In this document: positions 37,308-51,419 of the stretch, in pieces
Layout: each line of letters opens with the position of its first letter
Position numbering within the stretch: the stretch's first letter is position 1
Assembly (NCBI GenBank): GCA_964057225.1
Contig: OZ059895.1
Span: 18,786,001-18,850,000 of the forward strand
Reading direction: 5' to 3'
DNA length: 64,000 nucleotides
Source: Auanema rhodensis
Taxonomy: Eukaryota > Animalia > Nematoda
Made by a program: the position numbers and the translations under genes
The notes under the pieces: generated by a model
What the model was told of the DNA's origin: nothing
Database searches by the model: none
What the model saw: the letters and a program-made list of their open reading frames with translations, nothing else

Positions 37308-40300
37308 ATGAGGCAGAAGTTAGATAATCGTATAAGAACTCTAATTGAGAATGGTGTCAATACCGGACACAGAACTCTCTTTGCCATTGTTGGAGACAAA
37401 GTTCGAGATCAGGTGAATCATTATGAAGACATCAATATAAATGTGTTTTATTTTAATAGGTTCCAATTCTTCACCATATTCTTTCTAAAGCCGCAGTAGC
37501 TGCGAGGCCTTCTGTTTTATGGTGTTATAAGAAAGAACTAGGATTCACAACCCATAGAAAAAAGAGAATGAAAGAGTTTAAACGTAAACATGCTGCTGGT
37601 AATACCATGATGAACGTACGAGTTTCGATGCAAAAGATTAGCCTTATTTCAACTATTTAGGATGGAGATCACTTTGAAGCTTTTGTATCATCTACCAATA
37701 TTCGTTACTGTTATTATAATGAAACTCATTCTATCCTTGGAAACACATACGGAATGCTTGTTTTACAAGACTTTGAAGCTTTAACTCCTAATTTGATGGC
37801 TAGAACAATTGAAACTGTTGAGGGAGGAGGAATAATAGTGTTTCTCTTGAAAAGTGTTTCTTCTTTACGTCAGCTCTATACTTTGGCTATGGTTGTTAAG
37901 CTTAGTCACCTTCACTTTTAACATTTGTATTTAGGATGTTCATAACAGGTACAGAACTGAAGCTCACACCGATATAGTACCTCGTTTCAATGAACGTTTT
38001 ATTCTCTCACTTGCAAGTTGTTCCAACATTGCTGTTCTTGATGATCATCTGAATATTCTGCCCATTTCTACTCATATCTCAAAGATTGAACCAGTAACTA
38101 GTGCTCAGAAGGTGTGGTTGACAAGAACTCAGATAATTACAATGGTTTTATTCTAGAATGCTACATCAGCTTCAGCAAACGAGCTTAAAGTAATGAAAGA
38201 AGCTTTGAAAGAAACCAAACCTATCGGGCCTTTACTTAACAAGTGTAGAACTGCTTGTCAAGGAAAGGCTCTACTTCGATCTTTGGATGTAATAACAGAA
38301 AAAAATCTCAATGTTACCTGTTCTTTGATGGCTGCCCGTGGTAGAGGAAAGTCTGCTGCCTTGGGTAATGCTTTTAAAACAATATAGACTGAAAATTGTT
38401 GTATAGGTCTTTCGATCGCTGGAGCTATCGCTTTTGGTTACACAAATATATTTGTTACGTCGCCATCGCCAGAAAATCTGCGAACGCTCTTTGAGTTTAT
38501 TGTTAAGGGTTTTGATACTTTAGAATATCAGGTAGAATTAGTTCTAACTTTGTTTTAATTCTCTAGAGATTTAGGAACATTCGGATTATGAATTAGTTCA
38601 GTCAACCAATCCTGAATTTCGTAAAGCTCTTGTCCGAATCAATGTTTTTAGAGAACACAAGCAAACTATCCAGGTTTTTGCAGATTCTTACTAAAATGTA
38701 TAGTTTATGATTTAAGTATATTCATCCAACTGATGCCATAAAATTGGGACAGGCTGAGTTAGTTGTAATTGACGAAGCTGCTGCAATTCCTCTTCCACTA
38801 GTTAAACAATTGATTTCTGGTTCGTAATATCTGAGAAAGTGAAGTTTTAACCTATGCATTTAGGTCCTTATCTCGTATTTTTGGCTTCCACCATCAACGG
38901 TTATGAAGGAACCGGTAGAAGTCTTTCATTGAAGTTGTTACAACAACTTCGTCAACAGTCTGCTGGTTGTTCTAAGAGTGAAAAAGCTCTCACTAGCAAA
39001 GGAAGAGTTCTTCATGAAATGACCATGGAGGAAAGTATCAGATATCGACCTGGAGATGAGGTATTGAAAACGTCAAGTTTAATCGTATAAATTTTTATCT
39101 ATTAGATTGAAAAATGGCTGAATCGCATTCTTTGTTTGGATGCTTGTAATCAAAATAATAAACTTTCTGGAGGAACACCACCTCCCGCTGATTGTGAGCT
39201 GTATGTTTAGATTTCTGTCTTTGTTTTTATCTCTTACTTCCTCTTTAGATTTTATGTAAACAGAGATACATTATTCTCCTTCCACAAAGCTTCAGAATCA
39301 TTCCTTCAACAGATTATGTCCATATATGTATCTGCTCATTACAAAAATACACCTAATGACCTTCAAGTACTAACTTTTCATTTTGATTATTGAATAATCA
39401 TTAAACTTTACAGATGATGAGTGACGCTCCTGCTCATCATTTGTTTGTATTGATGGCACCAATTAAGGATGATCAAACCGATGTTCCTGATGTACGAAAC
39501 ATTATAAATTTTTTCCTACTTTCTCATTCTAGGTGCTTGCCGTTATTCAAGTGTGTTTGGAAGGCAACCTTTCTAAAGATAATGTGTCTGCGTCTTTGGA
39601 AAGAGGTAAACGAGCCGCTGGTGATCTCTTACCATGGACAATTTCTCAACAGTTCTTGGTATAAATAGGTTACAAGAACAAGCTTTATATTTTTATTTTT
39701 AAGGATAGTGATTTTCCTACCCTTTGTGGAGGAAGAATCGTGCGTATCGCGGTTCATCCTGATTATCAATCCATGGGTTATGGTGGCCGTGCTCTCGAAT
39801 TGTTAGAGCAATATTATCTTGGAAACATTGTTTCAATTGATGAATCTTCCAAGTCTGTATCTAAAGAAAAAGTCAAAAGCGTAAATAACGCTGATACTGT
39901 TGCACTGCTAGAAGAACAAGTTGCTCCAAGATCAGGATTGCCTTCACTACTTTTACGTTTAGAAGAACGTCCAGCAGAACAATTGGATTATTTAGGTAAG
40001 CTCCCACTAATCTTCTCTTTGATCTCTATAATTATCAGGTGTTTCCTTCGGTTTGACCTTGAATCTTTTGAAATTCTGGAAAAAAGCTTCTTATGTCCCC
40101 GTGTATTTGCGACAAAATGCAAATGATTTAACTGGGGAATACACGTGTGTCGTATTAAAATCTCTAGCTACAGGTAAGAATTTGCAATGTTATGCTCCTG
40201 GAAGTAATATTTTTTTAGGAGACGATGACGATGAATCAAACTGGCTCCAAGCTTACTGGTCGGAATTCCGTAACCGTATTTTAAATCTCTTCAGTTTCGA

Positions 40301-41259
40301 ATTCTCCAAATTTCCGTGCCAACTTGCTCTTTCTATTTTACAACTCCGTAATAAGATGGTGGAGAAAAATCTTACTCGTACAGTACTCAGTCGTGAAGAA
40401 TTAACTTATTTTCTTTCAAATACTGACTTGAAACGTCTGAACCAGTATGCTAGAAATATGCTGGATAATCAGCTTGTTACTGATTTATTACCCACAATTT
40501 CTAGGCTCTATTTCAATCAAAAATTGTCAGAAGACGTAAGTTTATGAAGCTTAACTTACCACTTGATTCGCCTTGTTCAGGTTAAACTTTCCCCAGTTCA
40601 AGCTGCAGTTTTATTAGGTTTAGGTTTACAACACAAATCTTATGAACAAATTTCTCAAGAAATAGATTTGCCTTTAAATCAGGTAGGTATCATAAAATAT
40701 AAAATAAGTAAGCAATTGTGTTCAGGTTCTTGCCCTCCAAAATAAAACTATCCGTAAATTATCTGATGCATTTGACGGTATATGTAAAACAGCTATAAAG
40801 CAAAGCATAGATGGATTCGAAGAGGGAGCTGATGAAAACATTAGCGAGCAGTTTAGACCATTAGAGCAAAGCCTGCAGGTGTTTTCTGCGTATCAGTTTT
40901 GTTGTAATCGTTTTTCTTTAGAATGAATTGCAAGAGGCTGCTAGTGAGATAAAGGCCAGGCATGAGAGAGATAAGAAGGCTGCAATGATGGAACTTAGCA
41001 AAGGCTTGAAACAATATGAAATCACTGCTGAACAAAAAGATTTAGAAGAGGTGAGATAGATCCCAACTGAGGATTAGAGTTAAATTAATTTGTTTTTCAG
41101 GCTTTTGAGGATATCAATATGAAATTCACAAATCCCATTCTTCAATCAAATAGTATTAGTGTTAAGAGTAAAAGAAAATTGGAAAAGGCTGCAATCCCAA
41201 ATGCTAAAGATCCTTACGCAGGACGAAAAGCCAAAAAAACTAAAAAGAACACTTTTTAA
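37308..41259 (+). CDS. nath-10: RNA cytidine acetyltransferase NAT10/Kre33
   Basis: MRQKLDNRIRTLIENGV; ILGNTYGMLVLQDFEALTPNLMARTIETVEGGG; AARGRGKSAALG; IDEAAAIP; STINGYEGTGRSL; RIAVHPDYQSMGYG. Confidence 0.97.
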
Positions 41260-42656
41260 GAAAATAATTGTTACCAATTTCATATGATTAATTAATTGTT
41301 TTGTTATATTACTGATTGTTATACTTGTTGTTGTTGAAAATCATTTGAATAAATTTTTCAGTTTAAAAATTGATTTAAAACGTAAGGTTATTGGTCAAGG
41401 TTGTTTAACTTTCCAAAAAATTAGAAGCAATTGGATAGAAACAACAGCTATTTGAATTCTCAATTCCAAATTAGCATAAATATCATGTTTGTAAAGTAAG
41501 ACGAAATTTTTAAATTTCATTTTTAGTACTTTGAGCGAATGTGCGGTCTATTTCTAGTATTAGGCTCAAGTTCATATTTTAAACATTCATTATTTCAGGC
41601 TATATAGCCAAGTGAAGGGAAAAATTTACAACGGATACTATATCAATCTTGTCCGATTTGATAAATATGAACAGTAAGTAGTTTACTTATTTTAAAAATT
41701 AATTTACACAGTCCTGTGTTGTATGCAACCTATTGACATTTTTATCCGTTTTCAAATACATTTCCCTATATTCTTTACTGGGAGAGTACACAATTTTCTA
41801 CCATCTTTTCTATTCTACTCTCCGCGTAAATGGTGGACGGAGACTGTATGTGAGTGAGAGACTGAATGGAGCGAGGAGACGCAGAGAAAGGCGTTGCCTG
41901 TTCATCAGGGTCATTGGGAGGGGGACGCTAGAATTTGAATCTTGCAGAGGAAATATTCAAATTTAAACCGGAAACTCATTCTTCACTGTTTTTCTTCAAC
42001 TATTTGTTTACAAATTAGCTTTTAATCAGTTTTATATTAAGTATATCAGAAATTTTGAATTTTAAACTTGTTTTTAAGTGTTAATTACAATAATTTTCTG
42101 TGTTTCTGCTCATATTAACGCTTCTGATACCATATATTCATCATCTTACGAGTATTTTATGATTCTTAGTTCTTTTTCGGTTGCTAACTTTTTTATTTAT
42201 CTCTTTTTTTCATGATTTCATTCTAAAAATAGCTCATTAGTACCAATGACTTTTGATCAAGGTACAAAAAAATTATGCTAATATTTTTGTTAGTCTCATA
42301 TTCAACTCATTCTAATCTTTAACTCTTACTTCAAAACTTTTTACTCTTTGCTATATTCTAATTACACGAATTGTTCCCCTGTTACTATTTTGCCATTAGT
42401 ATTTTTCTAACGAAAAATCATTGAGTGTGCTTGATGTTTGCTTATGGATTGTACCATTACAAGACCCTAGGTTTTCTTACGTATTCCTTATGCACTACTG
42501 CTCAAGTGTCATTAGGTGTATCACAAGGGTCATTAACGTTACATGCCCAACTCTGCGTTAATTTTCTTCATTGTATCAATCAAAAATAAGTATTTCCGTT
42601 AAAATAATTTGTTTCAGTACTTATATTGTCAATCTACAACGAATGATATAAGACTG

Positions 42657-45600
42657 ATGATTATCGGACAACAGCCATCTTCAGCCACTTTCCGTCCGGC
42701 TGTTGGACAATGCCAATGTGGAAACATAAATAACTGTATTTGTGGTTAGTTTTTCTATATGTAATCTATTTTCGAATTTTATTTTTGTAGGTGGTGCAAT
42801 GGGAATGCCTCCGCATGCTGAGCTTCCAAATCAATGCATACCGTACAACCCATCCATGCCTATTCCTGCTGATGTATCTCAACCACATCTGTATGATCCC
42901 GTAAGATTTAACATGAAAATTAAGTTTTGATTTTTGTTTTATAGATGCCCACAACCTCGCAGTATAACATGCCACCCTGCCCCACACAGCAGGTACCCCC
43001 CCAGCCTCAGCAGGCACCACAACAGCAACAGTATCCCCAACAGCCCCCCAAGTAAGTAATTGCATAATTTGTTTTTGATACGCTAGGATTTTTGAAAATC
43101 ATTTTATAACTATATTTTAAGTTCTTGCTCGAATGGATATGCCAGACCTCCATCCCGCGTGCAAGCTAATTCGCATACAATGCAATGGATGAACAATCAT
43201 TACATGAATAATGGTTATTCACCGGTAATATACATTTCAACATGCATTTCTTACTTCAAGTTTTTAGGCCCCTTCTGTAACCCCTTCAGTAATGTCAATG
43301 TCTCATATGAGTATACCGGATGATCACTTATCTCAAATGAGTATTCATTGTCCATCTGAAATGAGAACTCCCATTGATACTCCTCAGTTTACTGAACTGG
43401 TAGGAACAATTTGAAATTGAAAGTTCAGTATGGAATTTGTTTTCAGCGTCCATGTTCTCAAATCTCCACGGCTTCTTGCGTCGAGAACATTGACCCCCGA
43501 ATGCCAAGACAGCCATCTAACTCAATGTCTTATCAGCAATTAATTGACTGGTATCACAATGAGGTAATCTGCTATCAGTATATTTTTTTCTACCCCTGTT
43601 TTCCAGAACTTGAGAAGCGAGGTTGTCAATGAAACATTTAAAATAGCAAGAGGATTAACCAAAGGCATAGGACCTGCTCCAGATTTCCAATTACTTGTTA
43701 AAATAACCGAGGTTTTTAAGTATTGGAACTTACCACCCCAAGAAGAGGTAAGTAACTCGAAATATTACCACCTATAAAGTATGCTATCTTAGTGTGCCAA
43801 GAAATTGGCTTCTGCTATGTTCTACCTCTGCAAGTATCTTCCATCGACAGAAGTTAAAAAAGCTCTATCTGCTACATCAGGGGATATGATCCATATCTTG
43901 GTTGGATTAGGACAGTATGTCTTGCATTTTTTAAACACATGAATAGTTTGGTTGTTTAGATATAACAATGGTGCCCTTCTTGCTCTTATTCATATGATTG
44001 AATGGAGAAATCGAGAAGGCGTTGAATTGAGAGCATTTTGTAGAAATCCAAAGGTTAACTTTTGATTTATAAATATTTTAAATAGTTTTTTTTCAGGTTT
44101 TTGATCTGTTCATGCAAAAATTGATCATGGTCGATCAGAAAAATCTCGGTTGCTATCAATATGTTCTTGAAGGTTTACGTCTATTATGTCATAATAATAA
44201 GGAAGCGAAGGTATTATAATTTGTTAAATTCGTTTGTATGTTTTATTTTCAAGGATTATTTAATCGCATGGGGACAAAATAATCAACAATACAATGGCCC
44301 TAAGGGAATTGTCCCAATTATTTTTTTAATATTCTTTCGATTTTTGGATCAAATGTGTCATGCTGTAGAACCTAAAGTACGTTGAATGTTATTAGTTATG
44401 AGGTTGATATGCTGTGAATGTTTCAGTATAAAGAATTTATATGTACAAGTTATACAAAAGCTCTGGCTTTGCTTCACTCCATAATAATGAAAGTGGAACC
44501 AAAGCAAGTTGACAGAGTCAACGTAGCTGTCGCCCAGCAAATTTTCCAATGCAATGGCCCTCAGGTGGAATTTCAGTTTTTTATCTTTATTATAATTTTT
44601 TTGAACTTTAGATTATCAGTCATTACGTTTGTGTTGGATCTGCCATGGCAATGAAGTATGCTATGGAGTTGCTTGCATCTTTAACAAATTCCGAATTTGC
44701 ATCTGCTATAGATCATTTACCACCGGAAGCAGTTCAAGCCATCATTCGTAACGTAAGTCTTATTCCAGTTTTTTTCAAATTTTAAATAAATGTTATTTTC
44801 AGGTTTTACAAGGTCTGCAGATGCTAATCAATGATTCTCGTTTTTCTAATGATCCCAGTCTCTGGGAAAAGGCGTTTGCCTTTATCGCTAATTTTATTGC
44901 CAACAGAACGCAGAATAAACTTATGCTTATCGATCTGAATGGATTCGAAGCCATTGTGTACGGTATTATGCGATTTTCAAATTTCAAGTAAGTGTTCTGC
45001 TATGGAACGTGAAGATCAAAAACTACCTTTTCAGAGAAAGAAAAGATATGACAGCTCAGCAGTATATCACTTTGAATGAGTTAGCTGATAACGCCGACCT
45101 CTGTTTGAGCGCTTTGATGTCAGTAAAGACTTTAAATATAAATCAAGTGAAACTCCGTGATACCGCTGTTAATAATGTATGTAGAAATATAATTTACAAA
45201 GTTATTTTTTAATTTTTAGAATGCTCTTCAAGGGATTTTAAATCAATTGTGCCAAGCTGATATCTATGTTCAAAAAAGAGTGTTGCGATTGTTGTACCAA
45301 CTGGTTGATGCAATGCCCATCTTCCGTTCAGACGGCTACTTGCAACAGGTATAATTATCTTTATAACATCCTCTTCAATTCTCTCCTCAGGTTTTCGACG
45401 ATTTTCGAAAAGAAAACCTAATTGGATGCTTATATAGAATTATAGCTTCCGCTCCTGAACAGCTTACTATTTTGGATAATGTATGTTAAAATTATCAATT
45501 ATTTTTTAAGATTTATGATTATAGAAACAAAACGCCACAAATAAGGATGTTGAAAGACGCCGACTTGTTCCCGACGTTCTCTGTCGAACATTTAACTTAT

Positions 45601-46029
45601 TATGTCTAGTATTGAAGTATTGTAATTTGGGACCTCGTGAAGATATTCTCCTGCTAGTCAAAAACAACCCCATGCCAGTAATGGAGCTATTGAAGTATTT
45701 CTATCAGGAAGTAGAATTATGCAGTTCAATTTTGAGATTTTGTTATGAGGTAAAATATACAACTTTTCTTATAAGTTATTATATTTCTAGGTTGGACAAG
45801 ATGAAATTATCGCATCAAGGTGGTTGACAGATAGGCAGTTTTTGGAATCTCTAGTTAATAGCTGTGATCCTAAAATAGGTAAGAAGTTAAATTTTTTTAT
45901 TTCTCTTATGAGAATGTCTTATTTCCAGCTGTTCCTTCACAACATCTTATGACTCGTCTCTGTACTGCCGGTGATTTCGAGCCCTTGGCTGGTATGTTCA
46001 CTGGAATGAACGGTAGCTATTTAGAGTAA
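42657..46029 (+). CDS. Divergent beta-catenin/armadillo-repeat-like protein (SYS-1/WRM-1 type); first exon uncertain
   Basis: Multi-exon gene of roughly 800 aa with a Pro/Gln-rich N-terminus, TMQWMNNHYMNNGYSPAPSVTPSVMS (S-x3-S-x3-S relay), then a long helical region with ARM-like segments (AFAFIANFIANRTQNKLML). The gene is solid; the family call is inferred. Confidence 0.55.
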
Positions 46030-46535
46030 ATGTTTTGTAAATAACCTCTAGAAGTATCTTGTTCATATTTTCATTTGTACTTTCATTTTAGAAGTTACTT
46101 TTGCTTATTTTAGTTTTAGAAGTTACTAAGCTATTGTAGATTCTCAATCTGTTATTGCACGTCACAATCTTTTGGATGTTATTTAAATTAGCCACTTTTA
46201 GTCAAAATATTCTTGGTTTAACTATGAGTTTGTATTTTTTGTCCCTATACTTACTTTACTGACATAATTTTGTATTATGCATTATTTGCCTTGTTCGGGT
46301 CAGTCTTTCGCATCTTATGCTTTTCAATACACGTATCTAATTTTCTCCGTTTTACAGTTTTGATACGCGGTATATTGCTTGAAATTCGTACAGTCATTCT
46401 ATAGTTTACAGTTGTACATTACAAATGAATGTTATGGCGTTTAGTTTGTTTATATTTTTTTCGAGAAATCAAGTATTTTTTAATTTTCATAATAATTACC
46501 TCTTTTGGAATAACTGAAGTGGTAAATAATTGAAG

Positions 46536-48099
46536 ATGGGGAGTGAAGTGGAAGATTACTCATATATCGTTCGGTTGGAAAAATATGATATCCAGGCTAT
46601 AACTTCTAAATTGACAGTCTCCAGTTCATTGGGTGTTCATACAGATGAGAAACAACGTTTTGTTTTTTGTTTTACTGTCAGTATCAGTTACTCTTATATT
46701 TTTAATTTTCATTATTGGAGCTATCGCAATTGATATTGCTAGATTTCAAGTAGAATTTCATGAAAATGTTTTTGAAGTAGAGGTAAAGTATTCTTCTCTT
46801 TTCTTGAAGTTATTGAGAGAAACGTTTAAGCAAATTGTTAATGATGTTTGGAACATGTTAACAAACCGTGATGATCGACGGTTTAGAAGAGCTGTACGGT
46901 CTAGAAAGAAAATGTAAGTTGAATCAAACATTTAACAAGTTTCAAGAGAATTCAGACGTCATGCTAATAGCTATCCAATAGCTCCCCAATCATTACCATC
47001 ACTGCCTTCTCCTATATTTACTAATATTATAACTCCGCCACCCAATCCATTTCCTTTGAACCCTAATTCTTACGTGTTTCCACCACCACCAGTTCGTCCA
47101 AGACCGTCTAAACCCGTCATCAAAAAATGTGGGCAGCCTGGACCGCCAGGACCACCAGGAATTCCTGGTATTCCCGGCCCTGATGGGTATCCTGGATGTA
47201 AGATCACTATTTTGTCGATTGATGTTGCTTCATGCTCGCAATGGTTTTAGTGGATGGTATTCCGGGCTATAGCGGTATGCATGGATTTGGCCCCTCAGGA
47301 GGATTTGGTGACAATTATGTTACTATGGCATCATGTACAGTTTGTCCCATGGGCCCTCCAGGTTTGCTATCATTATCTTCGTTAGAAATTAATTCTTTGA
47401 TATCAAATTCAGGGCCACCAGGCCGCCCGGGGAGACCTGGCTTCATAGGAGAACCGGGTGAATCAGGATCATATGTTTACGGTAATCAAGCAATAGGTAT
47501 CATAACATAATAGCGTGACCAATTAATTAATCATAACTGACAGGCCTTCCTGGACCACCTGGACCTCCTGGAGATGAGGGGCCGCCAGGAAGACCGGGAT
47601 ATCCTGGATCGCCAGGGAATCCAGGCCTTGAGGGTACCAGAATCATCCGATCTCCTGGTTCACGTGGACCATTAGGGCCGCCAGGTATATTTCACATTCA
47701 TTTCAAAAAAGTAATAAGTTTAATCTTTGCTTGAAGGTTCTCCAGGGATACCAGGGTTACCAGGTTTCACAATTCCCGGTCCAGCTGGTCCTCCCGGTTC
47801 AGCAGGAGAGCCAGGTCAGCATGGGCTGCAAGGTCAGGACGGTGCTGTGGGTCAGGTATGCCAGATGCCGATATCCTGCTGTTTTTATTTTCTCTAACCC
47901 TCTATGGAGCTTGTGCTCTTATAATAGAGTCATTTACTTATACGAATCATGTTATATTTAGCCTGGGCCAGCAGGTTATCCTGGACTAGATGGTGAATAT
48001 TGCCGATGCCCGTTAAAGACCCAAGTTCTTCAAAGTATTGACACTTATGCCTTGCCAGTGGGAGCAGAGCCAACAACCAAAGCAAGGTTTGTGGGATAG
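46536..48099 (+). CDS. Nematode cuticle collagen with Pro-rich N-terminal insert
   Basis: N-terminal TM helix, RRFRR cleavage site, Gly-X-Y blocks, [10 protein letters not shown], terminal YCRCP. Start may be 46536 or ~46647. Confidence 0.88.
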
Positions 48100-48975
48100 C
48101 ATCAACTAGGTCTCATCCTCTCACCCACTTGGCTCAATAATGACATATAATGTTCCCATACATATATGCTAGATATCAAACTATGATTGGAGTTGCTTGA
48201 AGGATATGAGATATATGCCATAAGCTCTCAGATGTTTCTTATCGTGATCACATTATTCTGGGTTTTGAGCAAAGTTCTACGTTTTAAAAACAGAGTATGA
48301 GACTCACGGGAGAGAGGGACGACTCCAAGCTTGAATTAATTATTCCTTTTTTACTAAAAAAACTTTTACATTCAGCTATTCCGTCGGAATCTCTAAGCCT
48401 AAGTCTAACTACTATGTAGTACGCGGAGTGAAGAAAGCAGTACCATCTAAGGATACTAAATTTATAAAAACGTACCCGAAGCTCATCAGAAACAAAACTC
48501 CAAAAGTCAGGGTATGATTCAGTGATCGCTGAACGTATATATGCAAATATGCTTTTTATAGAGTGGAGTAGTTCATTCACAGAAGAAGAAAAAATCAATT
48601 TATTCGAAAAATCGGACATAGTAAAAGGGAAATGTTGAAGACATCAAGTCAAAATTGTTATGAAGTTTCATGGAAATGTATATATTTATTTATTTATAAT
48701 CATTCTTTCACTTGTCTTATTATTCTTTTAGAATAGTATAATAAAATCTTCAATTAACAGAAAATTTCCATATAGATGGTCATTCAGAACACTAAAAGTT
48801 GTTGTGATGATGTTCCAAAACAAAGGAATTTAATGAAAAAAGGAACAAAGTCATATGAACTATGAGATAAGAGATAGCATTAGAAGTGAAGAGTGTGTGA
48901 AAGACTATAACAGAATACAAGTCATATATAAGGGTAAAATATTTTGTGGAAGAAATCAACAACTTCTTTCATTAT

Positions 48976-50176
48976 ATGAAGATGACCCTAATTAACAGGT
49001 AATATTAGATTTCCATCCGTTTTTTGATAACTTACTCTTGCCTTTTTCAGTTTTCGGAGCGAATTTCTTATAAAAAGTACATTAAGTTTTACAAGTTTTG
49101 TTACTTTGTTGCTTGTTGGAGCTATATTCTGGATGGTTTCGGATATTAATCAATTCCAATCAGATGTTTTAACGGAGCTGAATGAATTTCAGGTGCAATG
49201 AGTAATAACAATTGAAATTATCAATTGATATAGGTATTGTCAAAAGAAGTTGTTGAAATGATGACCACAATTGATGATTACGGGGATATTACAAAAAGAG
49301 ATCGTAGACAATTTGCTCAAGATTTTACACCAGTACATGATGGTATTGTTGAGAGATCAGCTGATGGTGGTGGTGGAGGATGCGGATGCTCAAGTTCGAA
49401 AACTTACTATAACACAAACGTAATTTTTAATTTAAGAATGTGCTCATAGGAGTTCAAATTGCCCAGCTGGTCCTCCAGGACCTCCCGGAGAACGTGGATA
49501 TGATGGAGAACCTGGACTTGATGGAGAGCCAGGAAGAAATGGCCTCTCTGGTATATCTATATTCGAAGATTCCCCAACTGGATGCATACCATGCCCAGCA
49601 GGGCCACCGGGGCCTAAAGGATCAGATGGACCACCAGGACCAAAGGGACCTGATGGAAACCCAGGAGCTCAAGGTACAATATTTAAGCAATATCGTAAAA
49701 CGCAGTCATATTTCAGGAAGCGGTACTGGCGAAGGTGCTCCAGGACCTGCAGGACCACCAGGATCTCCTGGACCAAATGGCAACCCAGGGGTCCCAGGAG
49801 CCGATGGAACACCAGGACAACCTGGAACGAGACAAATAAATAGTCCAGGACCCGCAGGACGTATACTTTAGATACCGCCAATTCAATATGAAAATGTTAT
49901 TTTTAGCCGCTGGGCCACCTGGACCAGTCGGGGCAAATGGAGAAAATGGACCAAGTTCTTCCCCCGGGCAACCAGGTCCTCCTGGAGTTGCTGGACCAGC
50001 AGGAAACCCTGGTCCTGAAGGAACTGAAGGACCAGTCGGAGATGTAATGTTTTGAAACTACTATAATTTGCTATTGAACTCGTATGTTTCAGCCTGGCTC
50101 TGAAGGAATACCTGGAGGCGATGCCGCCTACTGCCCTTGTCCAAATCGCGGCTTTGGCAAACGTCTTCGCTATTAA
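48976..50176 (+). CDS. Nematode cuticle collagen
   Basis: N-terminal TM, KRDRRQ site, CGC...[17 protein letters not shown], Gly-X-Y blocks, terminal [12 protein letters not shown]. Confidence 0.92.
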
Positions 50177-50436
50177 GAGCAAGATGATATTGTTTTTAGA
50201 TTTAAAGTTAAATTGTTCTTTGAAAAAACGTCAAACTTGTTTTAAAAACTTGCCAACAAAGAAATAAGAAATTTTCACAAAATAAATTGCAAACGAGAAG
50301 AAGCTTCAATCAGTACTTTGTCTGTCCAAGAGTACAACAAACTTCAACCTTTCACAATGTTTTATGATGTTTAAAGTGTCGGGAAAAGTTACATTTTATA
50401 ATAAAACGGGAATGTCAATTTTTTTTAATATGCGTC

Positions 50437-51419
50437 AGTAGTATAGAAAATGTTGACGCTGGCACAGCATTTTGCCCACTTCCCAAACTTCACTTTTTTT
50501 GTATTTTTCAACGGTTTTTATGATTCAAAACATGACTTAACTCATTCAAAAACAGTCGTTTTTGAAAAAAGACCAAAAATGAGAAAAATAACTCTTCAAA
50601 TTAAAGGTTAAATTCAAAGGTAAATCCGAAGGAGATATCTAGACAATTTGAAAGTTATAATATTCACAATGGTAATAGAGAGTTGACATGGAAAGTCTGA
50701 TTGCCGTTGTTCATCTATTCCATGGATGAAAACTCTTTGATTTTGATAATTCTTACGAACTCGTTTGTAATGCGTGTAAGCATCCTGGTGATGTATAAAT
50801 TCTTTGACTACTTTTGGAGACTTTTTAGTCTTCCTTGCTAACTCATTTGTTCCACAAAATCCACTGAATGGTGAGTAATAAGTTCTTTCTACTATCTCTG
50901 AAGATTTATCCGAAGGAGTTCGAATTCTAAGAGAACCAAAGAAAGCAAGCTGCCTAGAAGTGCCAGATTTATCTTTTTCTTCTTTTAATTTTTCAAACCC
51001 TGATTCACTTTGTATCATTCGTTCATTACAAATAAACTTACACTTCATGGCTCTATTGCTCTTGGAAATTATGTGTGATATGTCAATAGTATGCGTTTTC
51101 TCTCTATATTTGAAGCAAAAAATTAAAAAAATCTCATTCGGATCTAGATACATTATGTCAAAATTGGTCAAAAGCTTCAGGTTTTTTCGAAGAGTAAAAG
51201 TATTCATTTAATATTTTTGAATATTTTGAGAAAGGGAAATTTGATGTAAAATTAATTTAAAAAAAAACTGAAAAAAGTACCCAGCTAAAAAGAACATATT
51301 TTAAAAAAATGATTTTTTTACCTTGAAGCGAGTTATTCCAATAAAATAGCAAATTTATGCAAGAAAAATGGGCAAAAGTTGGAAAATGCTGCGGCAGCGT
51401 CAACATTTTCTATACTACT
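50437..51419. mobile_element. Miniature (983 bp) internally deleted Maverick/Polinton, element 1
   Basis: Starts AGTAGT and ends ACTACT. ~37-bp TIR core with 2 mismatches (50437-50473 / 51383-51419). 6-bp TSD TGCGTC at 50431-50436 and 51420-51425. Internal integrase N-terminal fragment. Confidence 0.9.
50614..51207 (-). pseudogene. Chimeric Maverick ORF: degenerate zinc-ribbon-like N-terminus fused to an N-terminal c-integrase fragment
   Basis: Intronless 197 codons. YYSPFSGFCGTNEL...VKEFIHHQDAYTHYKRVRKNY...VFIHGIDEQRQSDF matches the Polinton integrase N-terminus up to the first catalytic Asp; the rest of the DDE core is absent. Confidence 0.75.

Noticed and set aside
48284-48619. 111-aa minus-strand ORF between the two collagens
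   Set aside because: No recognisable motif, and I could not build a consistent exon chain. It could be a weak orphan gene but is unsupported.
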